The position numbers and the translations under genes are program-made. 32,000 nucleotides of DNA, taken from NCBI RefSeq assembly GCF_000018105.1, contig NC_009925.1:690001-722000 (forward strand), written 5' to 3'. The notes under the pieces were generated by a model that made no database searches, was not told the DNA's origin, and saw only the letters and a program-made list of their open reading frames with translations. Every line of letters begins with the position of its first letter. The stretch's first letter is position 1. This DNA comes from Acaryochloris marina MBIC11017 (lineage in GTDB: Bacteria > Cyanobacteriota > Cyanobacteriia > Thermosynechococcales > Thermosynechococcaceae). This document shows, one piece after another, positions 8,919 to 17,377 of this stretch.

Positions 8919-11268
8919 ACCTATGTTTACCTCCGGGGGAACGGTCCAAGCTGGAGATGGCATTTATCTAGAACGCAAGGCGGATCAAGAATTACTGGCT
9001 CTCTGTCAGGCAGGGAACTTTGTTTATATCCTTACCCCTCGACAGATGGGGAAATCGAGCTTAATGGTGCGAACGGCTCAAACCTTAGCCAGTCAGGGCA
9101 TTCAATCGGTAATTATTGACTTGACCCAGATTGGCACAGAGTTGGCGGCGGAGCAGTGGTATCTGGGATTCCTAACGCTGATCGAAGAACAGCTAGATCT
9201 AGAGACGGATGTAGAGGCGTGGTGGGAGTCGAAAGCAAAGTTAGGGGTGACCCAACGACTCACGCAGTTTTTTCAAACGGTTCTGCTCAAGGAGATAGAC
9301 AAACCCGTCGTTCTCTTTGTGGATGAAATTGATACGACATTGGGACTGGAGTTTACGGATGATCTATTTACCGCGATTCGTTTTCTCTACGTCGCTCGGG
9401 CTCACCAACCGGAAATGAAGCGGCTCTCAGTGGTGTTGATTGGGGTGGCGACGCCAGGGGATTTGATTCGAGATGCGAGAAGAACGCCGTTTAATATTGG
9501 CCATCGGGTGGATTTAACGGATTTCACCGTTGAGGAGGCAATGCCCTTAGCGGCTGGATTTGGCCTATCGGAAGAAAAGGCGCAAAGACTGTTGGGCAAG
9601 GTGTTGGCTTGGACGGGGGGGCATCCCTATCTGACTCAGCGACTTTGTGAGTCTTTGGTGAATGAGTGGTCTGGCTCCTTAGGGGAAGCTGATGTAGATA
9701 GAGCCGTGGGCCAAACTTTTTTGGGGGAGCGAAGCGAACAGGAGAATAACCTGCAGTTTGTCCGGGATATGCTGACCAAACGGGCCCCTGAGCCAAAGAA
9801 GTTGGTGTTAGAAACCTATCGGCAAATCCATCGGGACAAGGTGGCGGTCGCAGATGAGGAGCAATCTTTAGTTAAGTCTCATCTTAAGCTGGCAGGTGTG
9901 GTGCAGTTGGAAGGGCACCACCTGAAGGTTCGGAATCCGGTTTACCGAGAAGTCTTTGATTCCCAATGGATTCAGGACCATTGGCCCGAGACGCGTTGGC
10001 AGCGGTTAAAGCCAGCATTACCCTATATAGCTGGTTTATCCGCTGTTTTATTTGGCGTTACGGGATTGGCTGTTTATGCCATTGATCAAAGTGATAAAGC
10101 CTTAAAGGCTGAAGCAATAGCTGAGCAGAAGGCTAAAGAAACTGAAGTTGCTCTTGAACAATCTCGCAAAAATGAAACAGCTGCAGAAGCTGCCGCCCGT
10201 GAGGCGCAAAGACAAAAGAAACTGGCGCAAACATCGGCATCCCTGGCAAGGCGACGGTTGCAGCAAGTGAATACTGCCCGCAAGAGGGAAGTCCTAGAAA
10301 GGGAAAAGGCTCAAAAAGCCCAGAAGCTGGCAGAACGCCGACAGAGGGAAGCGGAAGCCCAGAAAAGCATTGCGATTGAGCAAAGAGCAGTTGCAGAACA
10401 GCAAAGAATTGCTGCTGAACAGGCAACGGCAAGAGAAAAAGAACAAACCATAGTTGCACGAAAGGCTACGCAACGCGCAGAAACGCAAGCCAAGTTAGCT
10501 ACTTTGAAAGAACAGGCCGCTTCAGGTTTGTATTGGCTTTCTGCGACGAATCCTACTTTTGGTTTTGTATTAGCCATTGACACAATGAATCAGAGTCAAT
10601 CTATTTCTGATGTTGAGGTAGTTGCCCAATCGGTTCTCCTTAAATCGATCCAACGGGTACAAGAAATAAAGCTGCTGCAAGGCCACCAGGCTGCTGTCTT
10701 GTCGGTGTCCTATAGCCCGGATGGAACGCGCATCGTCAGTGGGAGTTTGGACAATACCGTGCGCATTTGGGATGCCAAGACCGGGCAACCCATCGGAGAG
10801 CCCCTCCAAGGCCACCAGAATACTGTCTGGTCGGTGTCCTATAGCCCGGATGGAAGGCGCATCGTCAGTGGGAGTAGTGACAATACCGTGCGCATTTGGG
10901 ATGCCAAGACCGGGCAAGCGATCGGAGAGCCCCTCCAAGGCCACCAGAATGATGTCTATTCGGTGTCCTTTAGCCCGGATGGAACGCGCATTGTCAGTGG
11001 GAGTAGGGACAAGACCGTGCGCATTTGGGAAGTTGGCCCTGAGTCTTTAACTCGATTAGCTTGTGATCGGTTCAGGTTGCATCCCTTACTTCATCAGCCT
11101 GAGAAAGTTACTTCAGATCCATCTATTATTGAGGCAGCCATCCGTTCCAAGGCGGTTTGCAAACAACATTTCCCTGCTTGGGATTCCTACCGAGCATCCC
11201 AACCCGGATTCCCTAAATGGCTATTCAGTCGTTTCCAACAACTTTTGGCCGATTGGCTCAACACTTAA
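8911..11268 (+). CDS. AAA-like (AAA_35-type) ATPase / single TM helix / long coiled coil / WD40 repeats
   Basis: Walker A is TPRQMGKSS (Lys codon 9052..9054) and Walker B is VLFVDEID. A hydrophobic helix ALPYIAGLSAVLFGVTGLAVYAI maps to 10015..10083. An A/E/K/Q/R-rich segment of about 140 aa maps to 10090..10521. Three GH...WD units start at 10681. The ATG at 8911 overlaps the upstream stop (ATGACTAG); an in-frame ATG at 8884 is the alternative start. Confidence 0.8.
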   Translation: MTRPMFTSGGTVQAGDGIYLERKADQELLALCQAGNFVYILTPRQMGKSSLMVRTAQTLASQGIQSVIIDLTQIGTELAAEQWYLGFLTLIEEQLDLETDVEAWWESKAKLGVTQRLTQFFQTVLLKEIDKPVVLFVDEIDTTLGLEFTDDLFTAIRFLYVARAHQPEMKRLSVVLIGVATPGDLIRDARRTPFNIGHRVDLTDFTVEEAMPLAAGFGLSEEKAQRLLGKVLAWTGGHPYLTQRLCESLVNEWSGSLGEADVDRAVGQTFLGERSEQENNLQFVRDMLTKRAPEPKKLVLETYRQIHRDKVAVADEEQSLVKSHLKLAGVVQLEGHHLKVRNPVYREVFDSQWIQDHWPETRWQRLKPALPYIAGLSAVLFGVTGLAVYAIDQSDKALKAEAIAEQKAKETEVALEQSRKNETAAEAAAREAQRQKKLAQTSASLARRRLQQVNTARKREVLEREKAQKAQKLAERRQREAEAQKSIAIEQRAVAEQQRIAAEQATAREKEQTIVARKATQRAETQAKLATLKEQAASGLYWLSATNPTFGFVLAIDTMNQSQSISDVEVVAQSVLLKSIQRVQEIKLLQGHQAAVLSVSYSPDGTRIVSGSLDNTVRIWDAKTGQPIGEPLQGHQNTVWSVSYSPDGRRIVSGSSDNTVRIWDAKTGQAIGEPLQGHQNDVYSVSFSPDGTRIVSGSRDKTVRIWEVGPESLTRLACDRFRLHPLLHQPEKVTSDPSIIEAAIRSKAVCKQHFPAWDSYRASQPGFPKWLFSRFQQLLADWLNT
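10681..11029 (+). repeat. Tandem 129-bp (43-codon) WD40 repeat units, 2.7 copies, about 92% identical at DNA level
   Basis: Units start at 10681, 10810 and 10939. Units 1 and 2 differ at 10 nt, confined to 6 codons. Confidence 0.9.
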
Positions 11269-11463
11269 AATTGAGGCTGTCTTGCAGATACTGCTGATGA
11301 AGGGTTGTGTTCTAAGGGCAGGATATTGTCTCCGCAGGTTCTCTAGCCCATGATAACAGTCATCCTTTAGTACAGGACAAAACTTTTGTAAGCTAGCCAG
11401 GGGTACGTTTTTAAGGAGAGCACGACCCCTCAAAATTTTTTTAGTCATACAGTCTTAAGTATG

Positions 11464-11504
11464 CTGCATTCGCCCCCTAAATCCCCCATTCTGGGGGACT
11501 TTGA
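11464..11504. repeat. 41-bp inverted repeat, left arm, flanking the DUF559 gene
   Basis: The sequence ctgcattcgccccctaaatcccccattctgggggactttga is the reverse complement of 11933..11973 with one mismatch. Each arm contains a 7-bp stem hairpin, tccccca-ttc-tggggga. Confidence 0.9.
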
Positions 11505-11887
11505 CTATCGATCAGTGCTTTGCTCACTCGCATATCGGATTTGCTGAAGTACATGATCTAGGTGGTGCATAACGTCTGAGTTATGAAAGCGGATCAATCG
11601 AAAACCAAGCTGGTGGAGCTGCTCGGTACGGGCTTCATCATACTTCAGCCGATTGTGGATGTCGCCGTCTAGCTCAATCACTAATCGGCATTGAGGACAG
11701 TAAAAATCGACAATGAACGAACAGCGCGTTGACAGCGGAATTTCAGACCGCTGAGTTGACGTTTTTGCAGTGCTTTCCACAGCTTTTGTTCTGCAGTCGT
11801 CAGATTTAGTCGTAGTCGTCGCGCAGCGGCAACGACTGCTGGGGTCGTGCCGCGAATGCGGTGGTGTTGCGTTTGCTGCTCTCGCAT
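11505..11887 (-). pseudogene. DUF559 (Vsr-like endonuclease fold) protein, frameshifted
   Basis: Two overlapping minus-strand ORFs together give the DUF559 pattern. One reads TAEQKLWKALQKRQLSGLKFRCQR and the other FIVDFYCPQCRLVIELDGDIH...YDEARTEQLHQLGFRLIRFHNSDV. The frame switch lies within about 11715..11731. The likely ATG is at 11887. Confidence 0.7.
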
Positions 11888-11932
11888 CTTGTTACCCCTA
11901 ACCCTGTCTCCCATCTAGGATAATCATAAATC

Positions 11933-11973
11933 TCAAAGTCCCCCAGAATGGGGGATTTAGGGGGCCAATGCAG
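11933..11973. repeat. 41-bp inverted repeat, right arm, flanking the DUF559 gene
   Basis: The sequence tcaaagtcccccagaatgggggatttagggggccaatgcag pairs with 11464..11504 (40 of 41 positions). Confidence 0.9.
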
Positions 11974-12060
11974 GGTTTAACTGAGCTTTCAAAACAGCTT
12001 CTCAACGCGGCTCATGATGACAACAGAGAGCAACGGCTTTAAGTTTTATCCTGTAAGAAA

Positions 12061-13074
12061 TTACTTGGAAGTAACCTTAGAGCGCTCTGGAGTAACGGGA
12101 ATAGGCACCGCAGAATTCAACTTAGGTGAGAAGCGAACACTCAATTTTTGGATAAACATCCACACCGGCAATCCAAACAGTTGGTAAGCATGAAACATCG
12201 TGGCAATTACGACGCTTTGTGCCAAAGGAACCCCCATACCATTCAGAGAAAACGCCAAGGCCGCTTCATAGGTGCCCAAGTTTGCCATCGTGGTTGGCAC
12301 CGTCAGCCCCAAATTCAGAATAAATAGACAAATTAAAAGCTGCGGTAAAGACAGAACATGGCCTTGAGCCATACACAATAGCTGTAGCAGCAGACATTCC
12401 GTAAACCAATCCCCCAAATCCATGACCGCAGCATTGCGAATTTGGAGAGGATTACGAATCACCGCCAGTCCGACCTTAAACTTACGAAGCCACTGCCGTA
12501 GCTTTGGGAACCGTTGGCGCAAACTTCGTTGAAGTGCCCACAGGGCTATCCCCAGAAAAGGAACGCCGATCAGAACAATAATGCCTTTCTCCCACCAATC
12601 AACCTGGGGTAGACCAACAGAAACTTGTAAGGCCGATAGCACTGCCAAAGTGACCAAGATGCCCACATCCAGCACCTTATCCACTAAAATAACCGCCGTG
12701 GCTTCAGCCGCATCAATCTTGCGGCCCTTCGCATCTTTATCCTTGCGCAACAGGGCAATTTTGACGGCATGTCCAGCTTGGCTCAGCACGAAATTGCCAA
12801 TAAACTGTCCCGACACGTAGGTATTCGCTGCTTGTGCCCAACTCACCCCAGCCGCTTGGGGACAAAGCACCCATAAACGAGTTACCTGAAACACCATTTG
12901 CACCAAGGTAACCCCTAGCATTAGCACAAGCGCTTCGGGACTAAACCGCTGAAAGGCTTCTAGCAAATCACGGCCTTGGAGATTGATTTTTTGAAAGAGA
13001 AAAGTGAGTCCGAGTCCAACGCAAAACAGCATTAAGAGACGGACAAACGTTTTCTTATGCCAAAACTTATTCAT
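12061..13074 (-). CDS. Flippase-like / lysyl-PG-synthase TM-region family (UPF0104) integral membrane protein
   Basis: The product is polytopic and ends with TVPTTMANLGTYEAALAFSLNGMGVPLAQS, which resembles the P-x-x-P-G-G-x-G-x-x-E region of this family. The ATG at 13074 (MNKFWHKK) is preferred over the TTG at 13209. Confidence 0.55.
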   Translation of the reverse strand: MNKFWHKKTFVRLLMLFCVGLGLTFLFQKINLQGRDLLEAFQRFSPEALVLMLGVTLVQMVFQVTRLWVLCPQAAGVSWAQAANTYVSGQFIGNFVLSQAGHAVKIALLRKDKDAKGRKIDAAEATAVILVDKVLDVGILVTLAVLSALQVSVGLPQVDWWEKGIIVLIGVPFLGIALWALQRSLRQRFPKLRQWLRKFKVGLAVIRNPLQIRNAAVMDLGDWFTECLLLQLLCMAQGHVLSLPQLLICLFILNLGLTVPTTMANLGTYEAALAFSLNGMGVPLAQSVVIATMFHAYQLFGLPVWMFIQKLSVRFSPKLNSAVPIPVTPERSKVTSK

Positions 13075-13853
13075 GGATTTGCAGCAAGATGAGACTTGGC
13101 ATGAGCGGTTGAATGGGGGAATAACAACTTTGATATCTGCATGATTCGTCTCCTTCTCCACTGTTGGGTCTAATGCTCTACCTAGAGATGCTGATCGCCA
13201 ATTCTCCAATCATTCGTTTTAATTTGGGAAAAAGTTATCTGCATCATCTCTCTATACAAACGCGTGGTTTTGAGTAGAATCATCCTGTGACCTGGACAAT
13301 CAAAGCTTAGATCAACCAATATAAATGGATTGTTTTTTCAGATCTGAACTTGTCCCCCTTGAATCCAGGGAAGTCATTATTTCTAAGGGTTGACTTCTCC
13401 AAGATGAACAGACTTTTAGAGGCTTAATCCCCCTTGTATTTTGTAGCCATTATCCCTTTTTAGGGAGCGTTTGTCTTGGCAGCAAGTTCTGAGAAGTACG
13501 ATGCAACAGCCTCAAAACTTAGGAATTCCCTGCCTGGGACTTAAGCCAAAAACGCATCCTCACTCATCATTAACTATCGCTAGTATGGACAGGGAAAATG
13601 TGATTTCTGAGTCGCATATGCAACAAAATTGACCGTCACAGTTGATCGTCAAATCCATCTTTTAGAAGGAACTAGAGAGGCAATGGCCCGTCCAGGGAAG
13701 AGCCATTTACTGCCATCTGTACGCCAGAATACTTGAAGTCTAAAGCATCCCTAAACTACAGTAATGTGATGCAGATCCGCCTTCATTGTGATGCAAGTAC
13801 TAGCGGGTTTAGATGCTCAAATTTAGGATTTTGCTACTGCAGATTTTGACCCT

Positions 13854-15647
13854 ATGACCCAACCCTCAACTCTAGTCGACTTACTGCGAGAGCGGTCTCA
13901 GCTCCAGTCTGATTTAACGGCCTATACCTTTTTGGCCGACGGCAAAAACGAATCCGGGACTCTCACCTACGCCACCTTGGATTTGCAAGCTCGGGCAATT
14001 GCAGCCGCAATACAGGCCCTAACCGCCCGAGGCACAAACGTTCTGGTCGTTTATCCCTACGATGCCGGACTCGAATTTGTATCCGCATTTTTTGGCTGTC
14101 TCTATGCCGGGGTGGTAGCGGTTACTGATAATCCCCCCCGGAAACCTGAAGCCATTGCCAAGCTCCAAATTCGGGCGAAAGCCTCGGAAGCCACGGTGTT
14201 GGTTTCCACTGCAGGATTTTTGGAGCATCTGAAAAACCAGATGAAAAAGAATCCCGATTTAGCCCCGTATTTGAATCAATTGACCTGGCTGGCAACGGAT
14301 ACTGTACCCACGGATCAAGCCTCTACCTGGACCCAGCCGGAGTTAGAAACCGATACTCTAGCCTTCCTCCAATACACCTCGGGTTCCACTGGAGATCCGA
14401 AAGGGGTGATGGTTACCCACGGCAATATGCTCCATAACTCCAAGATGATTTATGAGAGCTTTGGCCATTCCGACCAGAGTCAGGGGGTGATTTGGCTGCC
14501 TCTGTTTCACGATATGGGGTTAGTGGGGGGTGTCCTCCAGCCTTTATATGGTGGCTTTCCGGTGACCTTGATGTCGCCGATTGCCCTGATCCAAAAACCG
14601 ATTTTGTGGTTAGAAGCCGTATCTAAATATGGGGCAACCACCAGCGGTGGACCCAACTTTGCCTACGATTTACTCTGCCAGAAGGTGAAGCCGAAGCAGC
14701 GAGACCAGCTAGATCTAAGTAAATGGGAAGTGGCCTTTTCCGGGGCAGAACCGATCAAAGCTGATACCCTCGATAAGTTTGTGGACTTCTTTGGTCCCTG
14801 TGGCTTCCGGCGAGAAGCTTTTTACCCCTGCTATGGTATGGCTGAAACGACCCTCTTTATTTCTGGGGGCCTGAAGTCAGAATCACCCATCGTTCGCTAT
14901 CTCGACAGTACGGCCCTGGCTGACAACAAGGTGGTTCCTGTGGAACCAGAATCTGACAAAGCCCAGGCCATTATCGGCTGTGGCCGCATGTGGTTAGGGG
15001 ATAAGGTTGCGATCGCAAATCCCGATACCCTGACAAAATGTGCGGAAAACCAAGTCGGTGAGATTTGGGTTGCCGGGGATGGCGTCGGCAAAGGGTACTG
15101 GAACAGACCCGACGTCACCGCCGAGGCCTTTCAGGCCCACTTAGCCGATACGGGCGAAGGACCCTTCCTGCGAACCGGAGATTTAGGCTTTGTCCAGGAT
15201 GGCGAAGTTTATATCACGGGCCGGATTAAAGATTTGATGATTATCTGGGGCCGAAACCAATATCCCCAGCTCATTGAACAGACCGTGGAGCAATGCCATC
15301 CCGCTCTCCGGCCTAATCATGGTGCCGCTTTTTCCATTCCCCTCAATGGTGAAGAGCATTTGGTGATTGTCCATGAGGTGGAACGAAACTTTTTCCGACG
15401 CCTCCCCGTCGAAGAGGTTATCGGAGCGATTCGTTTAGCCATTGCCGAGGACCATATGGCTGAAGTCTATGCCGTATTGCTCCTCAAGCCAGGTGCAATT
15501 CCCAAAACCTCTAGTGGCAAAATTCAACGCCGGGCTTGTCGGACTAAATTTTTAGAAAGCAGCTTTCAACCTGTTGCCGAGTGGAAACAAGAAACCCAAG
15601 GCAATATCTCCGATTTGATGGCGCCTATGGCTGCGAATCAACCGTAA
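13854..15647 (+). CDS. Fatty acyl-AMP ligase (FAAL, FadD32-like adenylating enzyme), copy 1
   Basis: The N-terminus is LVDLLRERS...TYATLDLQARAIAAA...GLEFVSAFFGCLYAGVVAV. Further motifs are LAFLQYTSGSTGDPKGVMVTHGN, GGPNFAYDL, YGMAETTL and IPKTSSGKIQR. Confidence 0.85.
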   Translation: MTQPSTLVDLLRERSQLQSDLTAYTFLADGKNESGTLTYATLDLQARAIAAAIQALTARGTNVLVVYPYDAGLEFVSAFFGCLYAGVVAVTDNPPRKPEAIAKLQIRAKASEATVLVSTAGFLEHLKNQMKKNPDLAPYLNQLTWLATDTVPTDQASTWTQPELETDTLAFLQYTSGSTGDPKGVMVTHGNMLHNSKMIYESFGHSDQSQGVIWLPLFHDMGLVGGVLQPLYGGFPVTLMSPIALIQKPILWLEAVSKYGATTSGGPNFAYDLLCQKVKPKQRDQLDLSKWEVAFSGAEPIKADTLDKFVDFFGPCGFRREAFYPCYGMAETTLFISGGLKSESPIVRYLDSTALADNKVVPVEPESDKAQAIIGCGRMWLGDKVAIANPDTLTKCAENQVGEIWVAGDGVGKGYWNRPDVTAEAFQAHLADTGEGPFLRTGDLGFVQDGEVYITGRIKDLMIIWGRNQYPQLIEQTVEQCHPALRPNHGAAFSIPLNGEEHLVIVHEVERNFFRRLPVEEVIGAIRLAIAEDHMAEVYAVLLLKPGAIPKTSSGKIQRRACRTKFLESSFQPVAEWKQETQGNISDLMAPMAANQP

Positions 15648-15720
15648 TTTAAAGTTCCCCGAATATTGTCCTCCTTGGTGCAAGCCAAGGACCGATTGTC
15701 TACCCCAAAACTCCAGTGCT

Positions 15721-16494
15721 ATGAATGTTCTCAGTCAACCGGATGGAAATTGGCAGGCCAAAATTCGCCAACGCTTTCTCAAGGCAGCCGAGCAGCTCCT
15801 GCGGCGATTCGAAGGTCTGATCGAGTCCCACTCCCTCGTGGGCAATACGCCGTTTATCGAGGCTCAATCGTTCCCCTGGGTCAAGCAGCTAGAGCATAAC
15901 TGGCCCACCATTGCTCAAGAATTAGATGACATTCTTCAGTATCAGGATGAGCTGCCCAATTTCCAAGATTTATCGCCGGATCAGTATCGTCTCACCCAAG
16001 ACGATCGCTGGAAAACCTTTTTCTTCTATGCCTTTGGCGTCAAAGCGGCCCAAAACTGCGCCCGCTGTCCTCAAACCAGCCAGCTGATTGAATCGATTCC
16101 GGGGATGAAAACGGCCTTTTTCTCGATTCTGTTGCCCCAGAAACATATTCCCGAGCATTGCGGGGTCTTTAAAGGGGTCGTCCGGTACCATCTGGCTCTG
16201 AAAGTGCCTCAACCGGAGACCCAATGTCGTCTCCGGGTGGCGGACCAAATTCGCCATTGGCAACAGGGACAAGGGTTAATCTTTGATGATCGATTTCCCC
16301 ATGAGGTTTGGAACGATAGCGACGAGGTGCGGGTCGTCCTGATTATTGATGTGGTCCGTCCTCTTCAGTTCCCCGTCTCCCTCCTCAATCAGACCCTGAT
16401 TCGCCTGATTTCCTGGTCGCCCTTTGTCCAGGATGCTAAAAAGCTGCAAAACCAGTGGGAAAAGCGCTTAGGTGCCATTATGAAATCCCACTAA
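15721..16494 (+). CDS. Aspartyl/asparaginyl beta-hydroxylase family (AspH/LpxO-like Fe(II)/2OG oxygenase), paralog 1
   Basis: It reads CPQTSQLIESIPGMKTAFFSILLPQKHIPEHCG...VRYHLALKVP...IFDDRFPHEVWNDSDEVRVVLIIDVVRP. I recall human ASPH as HTGPTN...FDDSFEHEVW, which this resembles. Confidence 0.75.
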   Translation: MNVLSQPDGNWQAKIRQRFLKAAEQLLRRFEGLIESHSLVGNTPFIEAQSFPWVKQLEHNWPTIAQELDDILQYQDELPNFQDLSPDQYRLTQDDRWKTFFFYAFGVKAAQNCARCPQTSQLIESIPGMKTAFFSILLPQKHIPEHCGVFKGVVRYHLALKVPQPETQCRLRVADQIRHWQQGQGLIFDDRFPHEVWNDSDEVRVVLIIDVVRPLQFPVSLLNQTLIRLISWSPFVQDAKKLQNQWEKRLGAIMKSH

Positions 16495-16557
16495 TCCAAT
16501 TCTGGTGTCTGGCTCAGGCATCAAGATTAAGGATTTATTAATATAGTCAACACATGA

Positions 16558-17304
16558 TTGGAAGATAGTCCCGTGAAAGAATTTCTCGAAACTTTAATGC
16601 GTCAGCATATTGGGGGTTTGGTTTCGCGTTCGTCCCTCGTGGGCCACCAAACCTTCTTTGACCCCAGTATCTTTAACTGGATTCCGCTTTTGGAAAAAAA
16701 CTGGCGCACCATTCGCCAGGAACTAGAACAGGTTCTCCAATATAAAGAGGCATTGCCCAATTTTGAAGAATTGGTGGAGTACGATGCCGACCTCACCAAA
16801 GATACCCAGTGGAAAATGTTCGCCTTCTACGCCTATGGGATTAAGGCCGAAAAAAATTGTGATCGCTGCCCGGAAACCACCCGGCTGATCGAACAAATCC
16901 CCGGGTTAAAAACCGCTTTTTTCTCGATCTTGCTGCCTCACCAGCGCATCCCCCCCCACCGAGGCCCTTATAACGGAGTGCTGCGTTATCACCTCGGCCT
17001 GATGGTCCCAGAGGCCACGGACCAATGCGGCATCCGCGTTGGCAAGGATATTCGCCATTGGCAAGAAGGCCAAAGCCTCGTCTTTGATGATTCCTTCGAA
17101 CATACGGCCTGGAACGACACGGATAGTGTCCGCGTCGTCCTGTTTTTGGATGTGGTCCGACCCGTCAAATTTCCTATTTCTCTGTTGAATCAAGCCGTGA
17201 TTCAGCTCTTTTCTTTGTCCCCCTATATTCAAGGCGCAGCCGCCAATCAAAAGAAGTGGGACAAGCGATTGGATGCCGTATTGGCAGCGAAAGGGACCCA
17301 ATAG
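16558..17304 (+). CDS. Aspartyl/asparaginyl beta-hydroxylase family oxygenase, paralog 2
   Basis: It reads CPETTRLIEQIPGLKTAFFSILLPHQRIPPHRGPYNGVLRYHLGLMVP...VFDDSFEHTAWNDTDSVRVVLFLDVVRP. The start is uncertain: TTG 16558, GTG 16573 or ATG 16597. Confidence 0.75.
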   Translation: MEDSPVKEFLETLMRQHIGGLVSRSSLVGHQTFFDPSIFNWIPLLEKNWRTIRQELEQVLQYKEALPNFEELVEYDADLTKDTQWKMFAFYAYGIKAEKNCDRCPETTRLIEQIPGLKTAFFSILLPHQRIPPHRGPYNGVLRYHLGLMVPEATDQCGIRVGKDIRHWQEGQSLVFDDSFEHTAWNDTDSVRVVLFLDVVRPVKFPISLLNQAVIQLFSLSPYIQGAAANQKKWDKRLDAVLAAKGTQ

Positions 17305-17377
17305 CGCCGTGACAGATCATGGTGTACATTGGCTGGAGTGTTAATGCGCCCGATTGTTGATTTCTAAGCCCTAACTT

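Noticed and set aside
10086-10583. Four minus-strand ORFs (10086..10283, 10133..10459, 10294..10488, 10311..10583)
   Set aside because: They lie antisense to the low-complexity A/E/K/Q/R coiled-coil segment. Biased composition keeps antisense frames open, and they show no motifs.
10681-11029. Possible CRISPR-like or satellite array because of the regular 129-bp periodicity
   Set aside because: The units are contiguous without spacers. The period is a multiple of three and in frame with a WD40 protein, and the units are far longer than CRISPR repeats.
10570-11050. Track ORFs 10570..10944 (-) and 10721..11050 (+) with internally repeated protein sequence
   Set aside because: They are alternative-frame or antisense shadows of the near-identical WD40 DNA repeats. 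The WD40 frame has the recognisable GH...WD pattern and continuity with the upstream ATPase.
11221-11448. 75-aa minus-strand ORF (MTKKILRGRALLKNVPL...) downstream of the WD40 gene
   Set aside because: It has no recognisable family, and its 3' end overlaps the WD40 gene by 48 nt. The region could equally be a 3' UTR: a hairpin aggggt...acccct followed by a T-run on the plus strand lies at about 11400..11443. I left it unannotated rather than calling a gene or a terminator.
13075-13209. TTG-initiated 45-aa extension of the flippase-like protein
   Set aside because: It has no hydrophobic or signal character. An ATG immediately precedes the first TM segment at 13074.
15666-15899. 77-aa plus-strand ORF overlapping the start of hydroxylase 1
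   Set aside because: It is an alternative frame of a gene with strong family motifs and is itself Ala/Arg/Ser/Pro-rich.
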